Origin: an uncultured Bacteroidota bacterium
GTDB taxonomy: Bacteria; Bacteroidota; Bacteroidia; 2-12-FULL-35-15
Assembly: GCA_963727705.1 (NCBI GenBank)
Contig: CAVSHK010000042.1
Span: forward strand, 7,552-71,551
Length of the DNA: 64,000 nt
Direction: 5' to 3'
Each line of letters opens with the position of its first letter. Position 1 is the stretch's first letter. Under the pieces are notes generated by a model. It was not told the origin of the DNA, searched no databases, and saw only the letters and a program-made list of their open reading frames with translations. A program made the translations under genes and the position numbers. Of this stretch, positions 30,370 to 44,143 are shown piece by piece.

Positions 30370-30750
30370 TTAATGCCCGATAAGTGCTTTATAATCCGCA
30401 GCGCTTAATAATTTTTCAGTTTCCGATTTGTCTTTTATGGAAATTTTAATCATCCAGCCTTCGCCGTAAGGATCTTTATTAACGTTTTCAGGTTTAGAAG
30501 TAATTGCAGGATTCAACTCTATTATCTTGCCTGAAAGCGGCATAAACAAATCAGATACCGTTTTAACAGCTTCTACAGTTCCAAATATTTCTTCTTGAGC
30601 CAATTCTTCACCAAGTGTTTCTATTTCAACATATACAATATCACCCAATTCACTTTGGGCAAAATCAGTAATGCCAATGTATGCCTCGTTACCTTCAACA
30701 CGAATCCATTCATGGTCTTTGGTGTACTTTAAATTTTCAGGAAAATTCAT
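30370..30750 (-). CDS. gcvH: glycine cleavage system H protein
   Basis: YTKDHEW, GITDFAQ.ELGDIVYV, lipoyl-Lys motif EAVKTVSD, DPYG.GW. Confidence 0.96.
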   Translation of the reverse strand: MNFPENLKYTKDHEWIRVEGNEAYIGITDFAQSELGDIVYVEIETLGEELAQEEIFGTVEAVKTVSDLFMPLSGKIIELNPAITSKPENVNKDPYGEGWMIKISIKDKSETEKLLSAADYKALIGH

Positions 30751-30831
30751 CTTAATGTTTTATTATTGATTCTTATTAATTGCGCAAATTTAAATTATTA
30801 TTGAATAGTAAAATGATTTTAATGAATGATT

Positions 30832-33800
30832 TTAACCGGAAAGTGATAAACGCAAACTTATGCCGGCATTTGTATTGGATGTTGGAAATGCATTAGAAAT
30901 GAGTGGCTTGTTAATAATTCGGTCGTAATACAAACGAATGGTTAGCCTTTGACTAATGGTGTAATCGGCAGATAATTTAATTGAAATGATATTTGTTCCA
31001 GCCGTTATTTGACTAACGTCTTCATCAATCCGCCTGATGGAAGTCTGGTTTCTGCGAACAGATATATTACCGATTAAATTCACATCACTTTTTATTGGTT
31101 TACCGGCAATTTTCAACTTGCCTAAAGGAACGTCTTTTATACGATATCCGGTTCCAATTATAATCTCATTGCCTAGTATTTCGGAAATGGTTTTACTCGT
31201 TAAACCTAATGAAATGGTGCGATCTTTATTAAAAGTAATATTTGCAAGCATACTATTGTGAAGGGTTACATCTACCTTCATTAAAGGTGCCCATTGTTCT
31301 ATAATGGAAACCGTAGAAATAATATTTTTAGATAAAAAATTAGGGTTTGCAGGGATTGTAGAAGTGGTATCTATTTTATTAGCATTACCCTTTGCATCCT
31401 GCTGATACAACAAGTTGGAGGAATAACCGCCAATACCATAAGTTGATTTATAAGAATTGGATAATGTAATGGTCTTAAATAGTTTTTGCATCAGCGCAAT
31501 TTTAGACAATCCGTCATAGGTTACCCTCCAGTTAGGTTTAGGAATTTTAGGGAAATTATCCAAAGTAACCTTACTAGAGTTTTGCCCGGAATAGGCGGCA
31601 ATGAATGCCGGAATTAATACATCTTGTGATAGTGCATTATACCCTTTAGCGTATCCACCTATTGTTGCAGTAGAGTTGGAATTTTCGGCACCTAAACGTG
31701 TTGATACCTGTTGCCTGTCGGCCAAAAACTTTTCAAATACCGTATTCCCGTTTGCAAATGAAGTTCCAAGCGACATAAAAGACATACTAAAATTACCTGT
31801 TTGCACTGTTGATTGATGAACGTATTGGGCAGAATCTCTATTCCATCTGAAAAATTCATTTAAACTTTGTGATTTGGTCCAGGTTTCGGTTATTTCTATT
31901 TTAAGATGTGGTATAGGTTCAATTGTTGATCGGGCATTAAAACTTTGAGTATTTGTATTTACATAAGGGGTATTAATGGATTGGGTCTTCACAAGCCAAT
32001 CTTTGTTAATGGCGGTTTGCCGAATGTCCTTTTGACTACCAAAAATAAAGCCTGGAGTAGGACCTTCAAAGTTCTGATCCATTCCCATCATATTAGTAAA
32101 TTGTTTGTAGCCGGGTAATATTGTACCTCTATTAACGGAATAAGTTCCCCCAACATTTTTTACCCCCATCAATACACGCATAAAATAAGATACGGGAGCC
32201 GAAGGATTAAATTTCCTTTTTTTAGTAGAATCACTTGGTGTTTTACCTTTAGAAAGATTCAAAGGATTATTTGGCGGTTTGGCTTTGTTATTTTTATTAG
32301 ACTTGGCGGGTGGATTCAGTGCCTTTTTTAAAAATGGAACCTTATTGTAAAGTGTAACCAAGTTTAAATCTCCTGTCCACGCTACAACTTGAGAATTTTG
32401 TATCGTATTTCCCAATGAGTCGGCATTAAATGGCGCCCTCACCCAGCCATATGTTCCTGTATACTTTACTGAAGCTTTAGTGAAATCAAGTAACGGAAGT
32501 TTATTAATTGGTATGTTATAATTAGCATTAAACTGAGAATTATATTGGGTAGTCTTCCCTAAATTTTTAAAATTATTGATAATTGTGTCTTGTTTTGCTT
32601 TTGTATTGATTAGACCAATAGGTTCCAGTACCCTTGCCAGATTTGCGGCAGTAAAATCCACTTTCAGATCTTTGGTAATCGGGTATCCTAAATTATAATC
32701 TCTGGTCCAGTTAATTGTTTTATTATACAATGGGGTCATGATCAAATCGCCTCCGGTAACATCCCTGTATTGGTAGGAACTGAAAGCCCTGACGGCATTG
32801 GTTGAAAAACCATATTGACTTGGATAAGGATAGAAATTAATGTCCTTTATTAATTTTAAACTATTGGATTGTAAAAATTTGATTTTTGAAAACGGACTAA
32901 TATTTTTGGGAGATGCGGTATAAGAATATACTAATCCGCCTTTTATATTTTTTATAATATTATATTGAACATTTATACTATGCTTTAACGTCTGGCTATA
33001 TGCATAAGAAGCCGACCAGTTTTCAATGTCATAGATATGGCTTTTTTTCGCATCCTTACCTTTATTTTTTTTAACATTCGAAAAATTAATGCTTTTTTGC
33101 TGCGTATAATCTATTGTTATGTTTTTGATACTATCCTGCTTTACTTTTGAATACGATTTAAGTTCTGGTTTTAAAAGTAAATCAGGGTTAAGAGGATCAT
33201 ATTGAGGAGTTATAAACGTTTCTCCATATCCAACATACATAGGTACTTTTATATTGGAACGTACAGGTAAAAATTTACCCAGCTCCACACTTGATGTTAA
33301 ATTATATTGCAACAAACTCTGTCGCTGTCGTGCACTCACCTTATCTTCAATACTTCCCCATCCCGGCGTGTACATACTACCCGACAGTGAAACAGAACCA
33401 AAATCGGCTAACTGAGCCGTTATATTTGTATTTGCTGCACCTCCTCCATTTAGTATGAAATCCGTTAGGCGCAATTCATCCATCCATACGGATGCGCACT
33501 TTGGTTGTCCGTCATCACTATTATCGCTCCCGGTTTTTTGAGGATTTCTTACACCCAGCATCATTACTTTTACTGCAGCTAAATTAGGATTTCCTTTTAC
33601 CGTTATTTTTCTATTTCCGTCGGCAGGTACGGTATAAAGCGTTGTGCTATTATTTCCGATTGTTAAATTACGCTGCTGCTTGGCAGCTTCTAACTCTGCA
33701 AACGTAACAACCATGTTATTTGCAGCAGGCCAAACGATTGCTTGTTGATTAGCGTTGGTTCCGTCATAACTACCCGGCGGTGTTAGGTCCAATGGTAATT

Positions 33801-36800
33801 CATACTCATAGTAATTATCAGCATAATCTGTTCCCAACCTTATAAATACAGTTAAGTCGCCATTTTTGAGTTTATATCCCGGAGTGGAAGTAGCTTCGCC
33901 ATGAACAAACATTTGTAATTTTTTGTACGAACGAAAATCTAAGCTGGCACTTTTAAAAGCTGCTCTAGAATCACCATCTTTCAAATCACAAACACTTAAT
34001 GCCAGCGACTGTTCATTTAGTAAAATGGTGTTAGTTGTTCCATATCCTACCTGACGTTGAATGCCCGGAGGTAATACATAATTTACAGGTTGTTTTGCTC
34101 CGTTTTCCTGAAGGTTAACAGCACCTATATTAAAAAAAGTGTTATTCACATCATTAGGAACATAAAGTCCCGGCTGTTCTAAATCAGAAGCATATGCTCT
34201 CCAATCTTCACGTAAAAGCTCTAAACGTGCAAACCTCAAAACTATTGGTTTATCAGCCCCCTTAACAAACATACGCATAAACCGAATGGATTGAAAATTA
34301 TCAATTCCACCCACTACTTTTTCAGGAGAAAAAATTGGTATTTTAAATTGATACCATTTTATTGGTTTTGTTGTCCCATCCTTAATATTAGCTCCTGTAG
34401 TACTCAACACACTGGTAATGTAATTATTGCCAACACCGGCTGCAAAATCACTTGGCTTTAAACTAATATGATATTGAAAATAATTTTCTGCTGTATTTAA
34501 ATTGTTATCTCCGTTTATATCCTCAACATTAGGATTTTGAGAAGAAGAAGGGATCAATCCACTTGAATTTTGAATAACGGTTGAATTGTTTTCCGTACCT
34601 TGAAACTGCTTGTAGCGATCTACGATATTAGATGGTGCAGGCAAATTGTCATAATTATTTCCTCTGAAGTAAACAAAATCATCGTGCGAGGGATCGGAAG
34701 CAAAAGAGGAATAAACAGCCGAAGAAACAATACTTTGCACTGAATTTAAATAACTGCTAAAAAAAGTTTGTTCCGTAGGTTCACCGCTTAATGACGAAGA
34801 GTTGGTACTGCCTGCTAATCCATCCAAACCAATATCCTGATAGGGACGTTCCGTTGTATTTGTATTAAACGTATTTAATAAAGGCTGAACGTTAGGCACC
34901 TGCCCCCATGCAGTTGTATTTGTGACAGCCGGCGTACTTGGGGTTGGCAACCCATTTTCTGAAGCTCTTTGTCCATCATTTAATATATCTTCGGAAACAT
35001 TACCAAGGTTAAAATATAAATCGCCTGTAGTACTAGGGTTCACATTATCTGAATTCCATGGATCCATTACCCAAAACTGTATATATTGAATATTACTTGC
35101 CTGAAAATCATTGGTTGCAAGAGATCGCATCATACCTCCCCATCTTGATGTTGGACTTTTAAGCGTTCCGTCTGAATTTAAACCTGCCGAAATTCCGGAA
35201 ACACCTTTTGTATCATAATTATATGGCCCAATTTCACTCGGATAATATGCTAAATCAAACATAGAGATGTTTGGCGGAACCCCATTAGAAAGTTGTTCTG
35301 TAGGAAACACCTCTGTTTCCAATACTTCCCGGGCAAAATTGTTTGACATAGATGCATTGGTAACATTTGCTGGTGTTATCCCAGGTTGTGGAATTATCAT
35401 TTCCTGAGATAATGTGTACCACGATAATTTTGCACGGTTGTATCCGAATTTCAAACTATCAAGATAGGTTGCTTCAGGAAATAAATTAGGTTGTCCTTGC
35501 GGTGTACTTGCAAGCGACCACATGGTTGGAGCATCGCAAATCGATAGTTGATTGTGTTGATTCAAAGTCATCCACGTATGAATTTCCATTATTACCAATC
35601 CCCTTATTAAATCCAGGAATAAGATAGGCATATTCCCCCGTAGCTGTTATAAAACTAGGTGCTTTTGTATCAATAAATGGTATTTTGTCTACTAATCGGG
35701 TTAAGAAAGGCGCTTCGGTTTTAAAATTAGCATCTAAGCCCAATACTGTATTAGAAACTGGCTCCATACCAATATTTACTTTTGCATTCATTGGTCTTTC
35801 GGTTAGGTTCATTGCAGTCCCCCCTACCGTAAAATCTTTATTAATTCTATAATCCAAATGTGTACCTAACACCCTTTTTTGCTGCGTATTAAAAAGAGCA
35901 TTGCTCCCCGATGACACTTTAATAGGTGTACCCGAATTTAGAACCCCATCATTAATAATTTTAACCCGACCTAATGTGTAATCAACCGTATAATCGGTAT
36001 TTTCAGTAAGAACAACACCTCCAGCCGTAACTTTTACAGATCCTTTAGCAACATTGGGCGAACCTAAATTTATTTCAGAACTGGCGGAAGATTGATACTG
36101 TCCCTTTAGTTTAAAACGATCCAATTGAGGAAAAAACTGCTTGGCAATCGTTTGTGTTGAATCATATAATTGAGGAAATGCGTATCCAACGGCTTCTCCT
36201 GACGAACAATCGGTTGAAAATTTACTGCTTAAAAAAGCTCCGAAAGGATCAATGGTTGGAAAAATCACTAACCCTTTACTACTATTTATGGTGGCCCCTT
36301 CTATAAAATCAAAAAGCCCATCGGGCTGAACGTCATTTTGCTGATCTAATCTGTCTAAGCGTAACACCTGTATTAATGGTCTTGACTTTATTGCAGATTG
36401 ACAATCGCTAACCGGCAAATAATTGATATCTGTACCCGTTTTTTTATTGGTGTACATTACATCTAATCTGAAATTTTGTTGCTGTATTTGATAGCCTCCA
36501 ATAGAATAAACATTTTTCATCATCAAGTCCCATATAGGCAATGCGGTATTAACGGCGGTACTTTTTAGCATTTTTGTATATAAAGCCTGAGGTGCGCTTA
36601 TACCTCCATTGGAAAATTCCCCAACCTGATACACCTGTCCGTTATAGGTATATTGATATGCTACGCATAATGCCTGAGTAGGTAATAACTGCTGACTTAG
36701 CGATATATAACCTAATAAAGGCTGAAAGGTATATTCTGATGGAGCTAACAATCTGGCACTGGATACCAATTCAAAATTATATTGCTGCTGCATTTCACTA

Positions 36801-38111
36801 TTTGATATTTTGCTGAGTCCTGAAACGGTTGTAGCCGGATTTCTGATAACTGTAGAATCGGCAAGCAATAAGTCATACAAATTATTTTGATTGTTAAAGG
36901 GGAAAGCCGTAGGACTTTTATCTGTTATATAACTTTGATTTTTAGGAACGTGAACAAGATCTTCAGCTAATTCCGATAAACCAACAACACTTCGTATATT
37001 ATTTGTAGAGGTATTGGTATTGGTAACCCATACTTCTAACCGAGTAATATTTACCTGAGAATTAACAAAAGGCAATCCTGCCAAGGCATTGTCAAATTGA
37101 TCTCTGAAATACTGAGCAAGAAAATAGTGACGGTTTACGTCATAAGAATCTGCTTGTAAAATAAAAGGGGTTGATTGTGATCCTCCGGCTACTTCAACTG
37201 TTGATGTTTTACCTTTTTCTTGACCCGCAATACTTGTAACCGTCAATCTACCAAATTGGAGCTGAGTTTTTACTCCGAACAATGTTTGACTTCCGCCTAT
37301 CAGCGTACCTTTCAATGGAAATGTAACGTTTCCGGCTTCAATTTTTTTTATTATTTCATCATCATAACCAGTATAATCCAATTTCATTTGATTTTCAAAA
37401 TCAAAGGTTGCTTGCGTATTATAACTGGTTGTGATTTTTAATTTATCACCTATTTTTCCAATAACATTTAACTGAATTTTCTCATCAAAATTCATGGATT
37501 CCTACTTTTCGTTGTTTTTGCGGTACAGCAGGATTCGCAGTTTTATTAACAATATAACCTAAATCCAATTGAGCAGAACCGTTAGGTACTATATTTACAC
37601 TGTTACCCCCAAAAATACGGTCAAAAATTTCACCGCCAACTTTTAGCTTAGGAAGTTTAGGTGAACTTGATGCTGTAGGTGTTTTAGAATCGGCATGAGT
37701 ACGGGCACTCCAATAGTCTTTTTCCTGTTTTTTAAAAATATACTTTTGGTATTCGTCGCTAGTCATATAAGTAGGAGGACGATAATCTATGCCACCTATT
37801 TTTTGAGTAACAATGTATTTTCCAGAAACAGGATCAAACTCAACATTAGTTACAACGTTTGATGGATCATTAAGCGTTACACCTCCAGAAGAGGGATTAG
37901 CCATTGGCACCTCATCCGAATTGTCTTTAAATTTATAACGTAACGGTTTGACAGGTTGCGGTTTTGGAGTATCTGCAGGTGCAGAAGCAAATTGTGGTTT
38001 ATCATATACGCGTCTGAACGGGCGCACCCTTGCATTGGAGCTTGCAATAAGCGAAAGTAAAGCAATAGAACTTGCTCCTACAAATAGATATTTTACTAAT
38101 GAGCTGGACAA
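30832..38111 (-). CDS. sprA: T9SS outer-membrane translocon SprA/Sov, split by two +1 frameshifts (about 37496 and 35538)
   Basis: About 2400 aa in total; FDRIFGG, FDFENQ.KL.Y.G..DEIIKKIEAGNV, WDLMMKNVY, RWGGMMR, SIRFMRMF, W.DELRL; colinear with gcvH and ruvA. Confidence 0.92.
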
Positions 38112-38264
38112 AAAACTTAAACTATTATATTTTCTTTCTCTTTTCAGTTAAATCTGACAAGCAGAATAACGAATAATAATTCTATACTTCGCTATACTAT
38201 TTATCAGAATTCTTAAAAGTAAAATTGCTTCATATAATAGTTTTTAAGTTAAACATTAGTAAGT

Positions 38265-38855
38265 TTAAAAATTCTTAAGTGCAGCTTTAATAAGCTGTTC
38301 AACTGTTTGACCTGTACCTTCTGTTTTAATAATTTTATCCAGTACTTTTTCGGCAGCAGCTTTATTAAAACCTAGCATCACAAGCGCAGACAACGCTTCA
38401 ACTTTTAAAATATTGTTTGAGGTAGGGATTGCAAAATCACTCACGGCAATGCCTTTACCTATTTTATCTTTTAAATCAACAATTATGCGCTGGGCCGTTT
38501 TTTCTCCTATACCTTTAACGCCCTTTAACAGAGCCACATTTCCGGTAGCAATGGCATTTTGTATTTCGCCGGCGCTTAACGATGATAACATTAAAACGGC
38601 ACTTGTTCCACCAACACCCGAAACGGAAATAAGCTGACGAAAAAGATGACGCTCTTCCACATCGTAAAACCCATAATGTTTGGGCATATCATCTCTTACA
38701 TAAAGCGGTTCAACAAACAATTTACATTTTTCTGAATCACCTATTTTTGCCGATGTATTCAACGATATTTGCAAAATGTAACCAATACCACCAGCTTCCA
38801 CAACCGCATAGGTCGGCGTTTTTTCTACCAGCTTGCCTTCTATATGATGAATCAT
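38265..38855 (-). CDS. ruvA: Holliday junction branch migration protein RuvA
   Basis: GGIGY, LISVSGVG, GIGEKTAQRIIVDLKDK, EALSAL..LGF. Confidence 0.95.
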   Translation of the reverse strand: MIHHIEGKLVEKTPTYAVVEAGGIGYILQISLNTSAKIGDSEKCKLFVEPLYVRDDMPKHYGFYDVEERHLFRQLISVSGVGGTSAVLMLSSLSAGEIQNAIATGNVALLKGVKGIGEKTAQRIIVDLKDKIGKGIAVSDFAIPTSNNILKVEALSALVMLGFNKAAAEKVLDKIIKTEGTGQTVEQLIKAALKNF

Positions 38856-38865
38856 TTAAACCAAG

Positions 38866-41193
38866 TTATTTGCTTGTTGCTACTTCTTTGGCAGCCGTTT
38901 TTTCGTTTGTTGTTTTGTCTCTGTTTGCTTGTGCTTGTGCATCAATAACAGCTATAACAACCATGTTTACTATTTCCGTTACTGAACTGCCCAATTGTAA
39001 TATATGAACAGGTTTTTTCATTCCAATAAGGATAGGACCAATTGCTTCTACTTTACCTAATTCCTGCATTAGCTTGTAAGCAATGTTTCCCGATTCAAGA
39101 TTTGGAAATATTAACGTATTTACTTTTTTATCAACCAAATCGGAGAAGGAAAACTGTTCTTTTAATAAATCGTTATTAATGGCGAAGTTTGCCTGCATCT
39201 CTCCATCCACAATCATTCCCGGATAATCTCTATGAAGAATGGCTGTTGCTTCACGCATCTTATTAGGTACCTCTCCATCCACCGAGCCAAAATTGGAATA
39301 TGACAACAATGCAATGCGCGGAACAATGTTAAATTCCTTTACACTGTTGGCTGTTAATACAGTTATGTCCACCAAATCCTGAACAGTTGGATTTTTATTC
39401 ATAGTTGTATCAGCAAAGAAAAATGGTCCTTGCTTAGTATTTAAAATATACATACCTGCAACACGGTTAGTACCTTTTCTTACTCCAATGGTTTTTAATG
39501 CAGCTTTTATTGGGCTGGCATATTTGCGTGTTAAGCCCGATATAAGTGCGTCTGCAGCTCCTGTTTCAAGCATCATTCCGCCAAAATAATTGCGCTCAAG
39601 CATTAACTTGCGAGATTCATACAGATTATATCCTTTTCGTTTGTGTTTTTTAAAGAACAAATCACCAAACAATCTTCTTCTCTCATATTCCGTGTCACTT
39701 CTTGGATCAATAATTTGAATACCGCTTAAATCCAACTTATGTTCTTCTATTAATGCTTTAATGTCCTCTTCATTACCTAACAAAATTGGCTTGGCAATAC
39801 CTTCATCGGCCACTTGCTGTGCGGCTTTTAATATTTTATAATTATCGGCTTCGGCAAATACAACACGCTTAGGATTTTGTTTTGCTTTAATGGTAAGATT
39901 TCTGATAAGTTTGCTATCAAGCCCTAAACGATTTATCAATTCTTGTCTATAACCCTCCCAATCGGTAATTTTACGCTGTGCAACACCCGATTCAATAGCC
40001 GCTTTTGCAACGGCAGGAGCTACTGTATAAATCAAACGTAAATCAATTGGTTTTGGAATAATATACTCAGGTCCGAAACTCAAATTTTTGCTTCCATAAG
40101 CTAAATTTACCGAATCCGGCACCGGCTCTTTTGCAAGTTGAGCTATGGCGTATACAGCAGCCAATTTCATTGCTTCGTTAATTTGAGTAGCTCTTACATC
40201 CAATGCTCCTCTAAAAATAAATGGGAAACCAAGCACATTGTTCACTTGATTAGGATGATCACTGCGACCTGTAGCCATTATTATATCAGGACGTGCAGCT
40301 ATAGCATCTTCATATGGAATTTCAGGATTAGGATTGGCAAGAGCAAATACGATTGGCATATCCGCCATAGAGCGTATCATGTCCTGACTTAATACATTTC
40401 CTTTTGAAAGACCAACAAATACATCTGCACCTTTTACAGCGTCCTCCAGTGTATGTACATTTTTTCTTTTGGTACAGAATGATTTTTTTTGTTCATCCAA
40501 ATCGTCCCTATCTTCGCACAACACACCTTTGCTGTCGAGCATAATGATGTTTTCTTTTTTGGCACCTACCGAAATGTAAAGCTTGGTACACGATATGGCC
40601 GAAGCGCCTGCTCCGTTCACTACAATTTTAACTTCACTTAATTTTTTCTGCGCTACTTCGCAAGCATTAAGCAATGCAGCCGATGAAATGATGGCTGTTC
40701 CATGCTGATCATCATGCATTAACGGAATATTCAACTCTTCCTTTAGGCGACGCTCAATTTCAAAGCACTCCGGCGCCTTTATGTCTTCTAAATTAATACC
40801 TCCAAATGTAGGAGCTATTGCCTTAACAGTATTTACAAATGTATCAACATCGGCAGCATCCACTTCAATATCAAACACATCAATGTCTGCAAATATTTTA
40901 AATAATAATCCTTTCCCTTCCATTACAGGTTTTGAAGCCAATGCTCCAATATTTCCAAGCCCCAGAACGGCTGTACCGTTTGATATTACCGCAACCAGAT
41001 TTCCTTTTGCCGTATATTTATAAGCGTCTTCCGGATTTTTTTCAATTTCTAAACAAGGTTCAGCAACTCCCGGTGAATAAGCTAATGATAAGTCGTGTTG
41101 TGTGCTGTAAGGTTTGGTCGGCGTTACTTGTATTTTTCCGGGTCTTCCTCCCGAGTGATAATCTAACGCTTCTTGCTTTCTGAGTTTTGACAT
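38866..41193 (-). CDS. maeB: NADP-dependent malic enzyme with PTA-like C-terminal domain
   Basis: [57 protein letters not shown]. Confidence 0.95.
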   Translation of the reverse strand: MSKLRKQEALDYHSGGRPGKIQVTPTKPYSTQHDLSLAYSPGVAEPCLEIEKNPEDAYKYTAKGNLVAVISNGTAVLGLGNIGALASKPVMEGKGLLFKIFADIDVFDIEVDAADVDTFVNTVKAIAPTFGGINLEDIKAPECFEIERRLKEELNIPLMHDDQHGTAIISSAALLNACEVAQKKLSEVKIVVNGAGASAISCTKLYISVGAKKENIIMLDSKGVLCEDRDDLDEQKKSFCTKRKNVHTLEDAVKGADVFVGLSKGNVLSQDMIRSMADMPIVFALANPNPEIPYEDAIAARPDIIMATGRSDHPNQVNNVLGFPFIFRGALDVRATQINEAMKLAAVYAIAQLAKEPVPDSVNLAYGSKNLSFGPEYIIPKPIDLRLIYTVAPAVAKAAIESGVAQRKITDWEGYRQELINRLGLDSKLIRNLTIKAKQNPKRVVFAEADNYKILKAAQQVADEGIAKPILLGNEEDIKALIEEHKLDLSGIQIIDPRSDTEYERRRLFGDLFFKKHKRKGYNLYESRKLMLERNYFGGMMLETGAADALISGLTRKYASPIKAALKTIGVRKGTNRVAGMYILNTKQGPFFFADTTMNKNPTVQDLVDITVLTANSVKEFNIVPRIALLSYSNFGSVDGEVPNKMREATAILHRDYPGMIVDGEMQANFAINNDLLKEQFSFSDLVDKKVNTLIFPNLESGNIAYKLMQELGKVEAIGPILIGMKKPVHILQLGSSVTEIVNMVVIAVIDAQAQANRDKTTNEKTAAKEVATSK

Positions 41194-41360
41194 TTTAATG
41201 AATTTTTAATAGGCTGCGAATATAATAAAATCAACCGAAATAGTAACCGTTCATCTTTTCATTCTTTAAAGCGTACCTCAAATAATACTAATCTTTGACT
41301 AAATTTTCACAAAAGTCGGACAAATTATGTAATTTCATGTATTTTTAATATTATAGAAAT

Positions 41361-42056
41361 ATGAAACCGAAATTGGTAGTCCTAACCGGTGCGGGAATAA
41401 GTGCTGAGAGTGGAATCAAGACATTCAGAGACAGTAATGGATTATGGGAAGAATATAACATAAATGAAGTTGCCACTCCTGAGGGCTGGGCTAAAAACAA
41501 AGCTTTGGTATTGGAATTTTATAACAAAAGACGAAAACAGGCAAAGGAAGCACAACCCAATAAAGCACATTACGCATTGGCAGAATTGGAAGAAAAGTTT
41601 GATGTACATATTATCACACAAAACGTAGATGATTTGCATGAACGAGCCGGTTCAACAAAAGTACTTCACTTACATGGTGAACTTATGAAAAGCCGTAGTA
41701 CACTTTATCCTAAACTTATATATGATATAAAAGGCTACGAACTGAATTTAGGTGACACTTGCGAGATGGGAGCACAACTTCGCCCACACATTGTATGGTT
41801 CGGAGAATTGGTTCCCGAGATGACGAATGCTTATTTAATAGCCCAACAGGCAGATATATTTATGGTAATCGGAACTTCCATGATGGTGTATCCGGCAGCA
41901 AGCTTAATAGATTATGTGCACAGCCACATACCAAAATACCTGATAGATCCTAATGATGTAAGCGTAAGTGGAGTTGACAACATCACAGTTATTAAAGAAA
42001 AAGCAACTGTTGGGGTACCCAAAATAGCAGAACAGTTAACCGGATTAAAAAAGTAA
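41361..42056 (+). CDS. cobB: NAD-dependent protein deacylase (sirtuin)
   Basis: TGAGISAESGI.TFR, TQNVDDLHERAG, HLHG, RPHIVWFGE, IGTS..VYPAA. Confidence 0.93.
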   Translation: MKPKLVVLTGAGISAESGIKTFRDSNGLWEEYNINEVATPEGWAKNKALVLEFYNKRRKQAKEAQPNKAHYALAELEEKFDVHIITQNVDDLHERAGSTKVLHLHGELMKSRSTLYPKLIYDIKGYELNLGDTCEMGAQLRPHIVWFGELVPEMTNAYLIAQQADIFMVIGTSMMVYPAASLIDYVHSHIPKYLIDPNDVSVSGVDNITVIKEKATVGVPKIAEQLTGLKK

Positions 42057-42278
42057 AAAAATACAATTAGGAAAATTGCATGTAAATTATTTTCAAAGTT
42101 GTTTATTAATATTTTTTATGGAAATCACATATTTCAAATGTCTCTATTGGTCTCTATTTGAGCTTTATCGTAATCATATGGTGATGATTTAAAAAATCAA
42201 ATAACATAAAAAATGTATTTTTTTAAATTATATAATTAATGAAAAATAAAAAAGTATATATTTGCGCCGTCAAAAAAT

Positions 42279-42353
42279 GGTGGCCATAGTTCAGTTGGTT
42301 AGAATATCGGTTTGTGGTACCGAGGGTCGTGGGTTCGAGCCCCATTGGCCACC
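42279..42353 (+). tRNA. tRNA-His (GTG)
   Basis: G-1 plus GTGGCCA/TGGCCAC acceptor stem; anticodon arm TCGGT-TTGTGGT-ACCGA; GGTTCGAGCCC T-arm; CCA not encoded; -7 box TATATTTG at 42257-42264. Confidence 0.96.
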
Positions 42354-42399
42354 CTTTCAAAGCTTAAAACCCCTGTAAACACAGGGGTTTTTATTTTTT
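42346..42399 (+). repeat. att-like direct repeat copy 1 (tRNA-His 3' end plus terminator)
   Basis: 54 bp, 51/54 identical to 45105-45158; includes the hairpin AAAACCCCTGT-AA-ACACAGGGGTTTT. Confidence 0.88.
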
Positions 42400-42731
42400 G
42401 TGTAGCGAAATCAAAGGGGGCAGGTTAAAAAAAGTCACTAGCAATCAGTGGATCAGGTTAAAAAGTGGGTGAGCATAGGATTCTTTGGTGATACTTTTTA
42501 TCTAAAAATAGTAGCTGTACAAATAAATTACAATCTAAAATTTTTTTTTAAAAGTTAAACTACAATGTTTTTCGACTCAAGAGCATGCTGTTTTCTTGCA
42601 TAATATGCACAGAGGGGGGCAACGATGAGGATAACAAAGTGGAAAATGTGGGCACACTAACTTAACAGATACAATTGTAATGATTAATAAATAATTATAT
42701 TTATCCTCAAAGCTTCAGATAATTTAAAAAA

Positions 42732-43358
42732 ATGAAACAACATTTAAAAAAAACAGGTTTAGTAGCAATTCTTTTCGTTAGCATTGTTATTTTTACTACT
42801 TGTAAAAAAACGGAAGAACACCCTGCGGTTCAACCAGTTCAGCCTTCCCAACCTATCCCCATTTCATCAACCGATTTTTTTAGTATTTATTTCGTTAATG
42901 GTTATAGTAATATGGTTCCAATTTCAAAAGACGACTCCACGAAAGACGGCAATAGGATTTTTCATGTAAATTGGAACAATAATAATGCTCCTACTTGTAC
43001 TGGTCAAAGTTCAATTAATCTATTTATCTATTTCCCTTACCTACAACCAACTTTATCAGAAGGACCTTATATAATAGGATCACCTTCTTCCACATCAACT
43101 CCAGGAAATCCGTATATAAAATATTCTGATAAATACTCTTGTGATATGAATGGAGGTACGGATAATGGAGTTTCGATTAGTGGAAAAATTAATGTAATTA
43201 AGCTTAATAATGGACACTTTCGTATTGTATTTGATAGCGTCAAGATAATTCGCAATTGGACTACTAGCGACTTTAGTGACTCTGATCCTCTTCATGAAGG
43301 CTACACTAATAAATCAGGAACCGATACAGTAAAGGCTTCCGGAGACCTCACATATTAA
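42732..43358 (+). CDS. putative lipoprotein of unknown function
   Basis: Signal peptide ending FTTC-KK, Pro/Gln linker, beta-rich domain. Confidence 0.75.
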   Translation: MKQHLKKTGLVAILFVSIVIFTTCKKTEEHPAVQPVQPSQPIPISSTDFFSIYFVNGYSNMVPISKDDSTKDGNRIFHVNWNNNNAPTCTGQSSINLFIYFPYLQPTLSEGPYIIGSPSSTSTPGNPYIKYSDKYSCDMNGGTDNGVSISGKINVIKLNNGHFRIVFDSVKIIRNWTTSDFSDSDPLHEGYTNKSGTDTVKASGDLTY

Positions 43359-43526
43359 TGACAATTCTATTAAATTCAATATTAGATCAACTGCGAAACA
43401 ATTAATTTTTCTACTTTTTGCTTCTACTTAGATAAACATGAGCCAATACGCCTGTAATCACTATAAATGGATTGCGACCTAAAAGCCTATGCCAATTCCT
43501 CAAAACTTCAGATGATTAAAAAAAAC

Positions 43527-44098
43527 GGAACAATATTTAAAAAAACAGGTTTAGTAGCAATTCTTTTCACTGGCATTATTTTTTTTTTACTACTTGTAAA
43601 AAAACAACCACCTCTTTCCAACCGAGCCCTATTTTATCAACAGACCATTTTACTTTGAAAACGCCAAATGTTGACAGTATAATACCAACTTCAAAAAGCA
43701 GCTTTACAAAAGGTAATAATTGAGTACTTTATACAAAACAAGATGGTACTTTTTCTATGATTAGGGATACGGCCAAACTATGTATTTATTTTTCTTCAAA
43801 TAATCTATCATTATCTGAGGGCATTTATGCTTTACAACCTTCTCCTTTTGGATTAACAACGGGAAAAGCTTATATAGAATTTTCCTGTCTTTTCTATGGT
43901 TCTAATTATGGGAGAACATATAATGGGGCCTCTATTGATGGAAAACTTTACGTAACAAAACTTAGTAATGAGCATATCCGTATCGTGTTTGATAGTGTTA
44001 ATGTAACTCGACATTATACTTATTACGATGGGGAATTCCCGTTAAATGATAAAACAGGACTGGATACATCAAAAGTGTCAGGGGGCATTACATATTAA
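43527..44098 (+). pseudogene. degraded paralog of the 42732 lipoprotein
   Basis: Leader and signal DNA nearly identical to 42706-42810, but ATG is ACG, with frameshifts and an internal stop. The C-terminus (GASIDGKLYVTKL.N.HIRIVFDSV...G.DT.K.SG..TY) aligns with the intact copy. Confidence 0.75.
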
Positions 44099-44143
44099 AT
44101 CCGATTGAATTTTCTGCGTTGTCAAAAATAAAGTGTAGTCTTA

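Noticed and set aside
35486-37500. Programmed frameshifting or a genuinely three-gene sprA
   Set aside because: No slippery sequences, and similar single-base insertions in unrelated genes point to sequence error
42400-42700. Integrase remnant just downstream of tRNA-His
   Set aside because: No ORF or recombinase motif could be read
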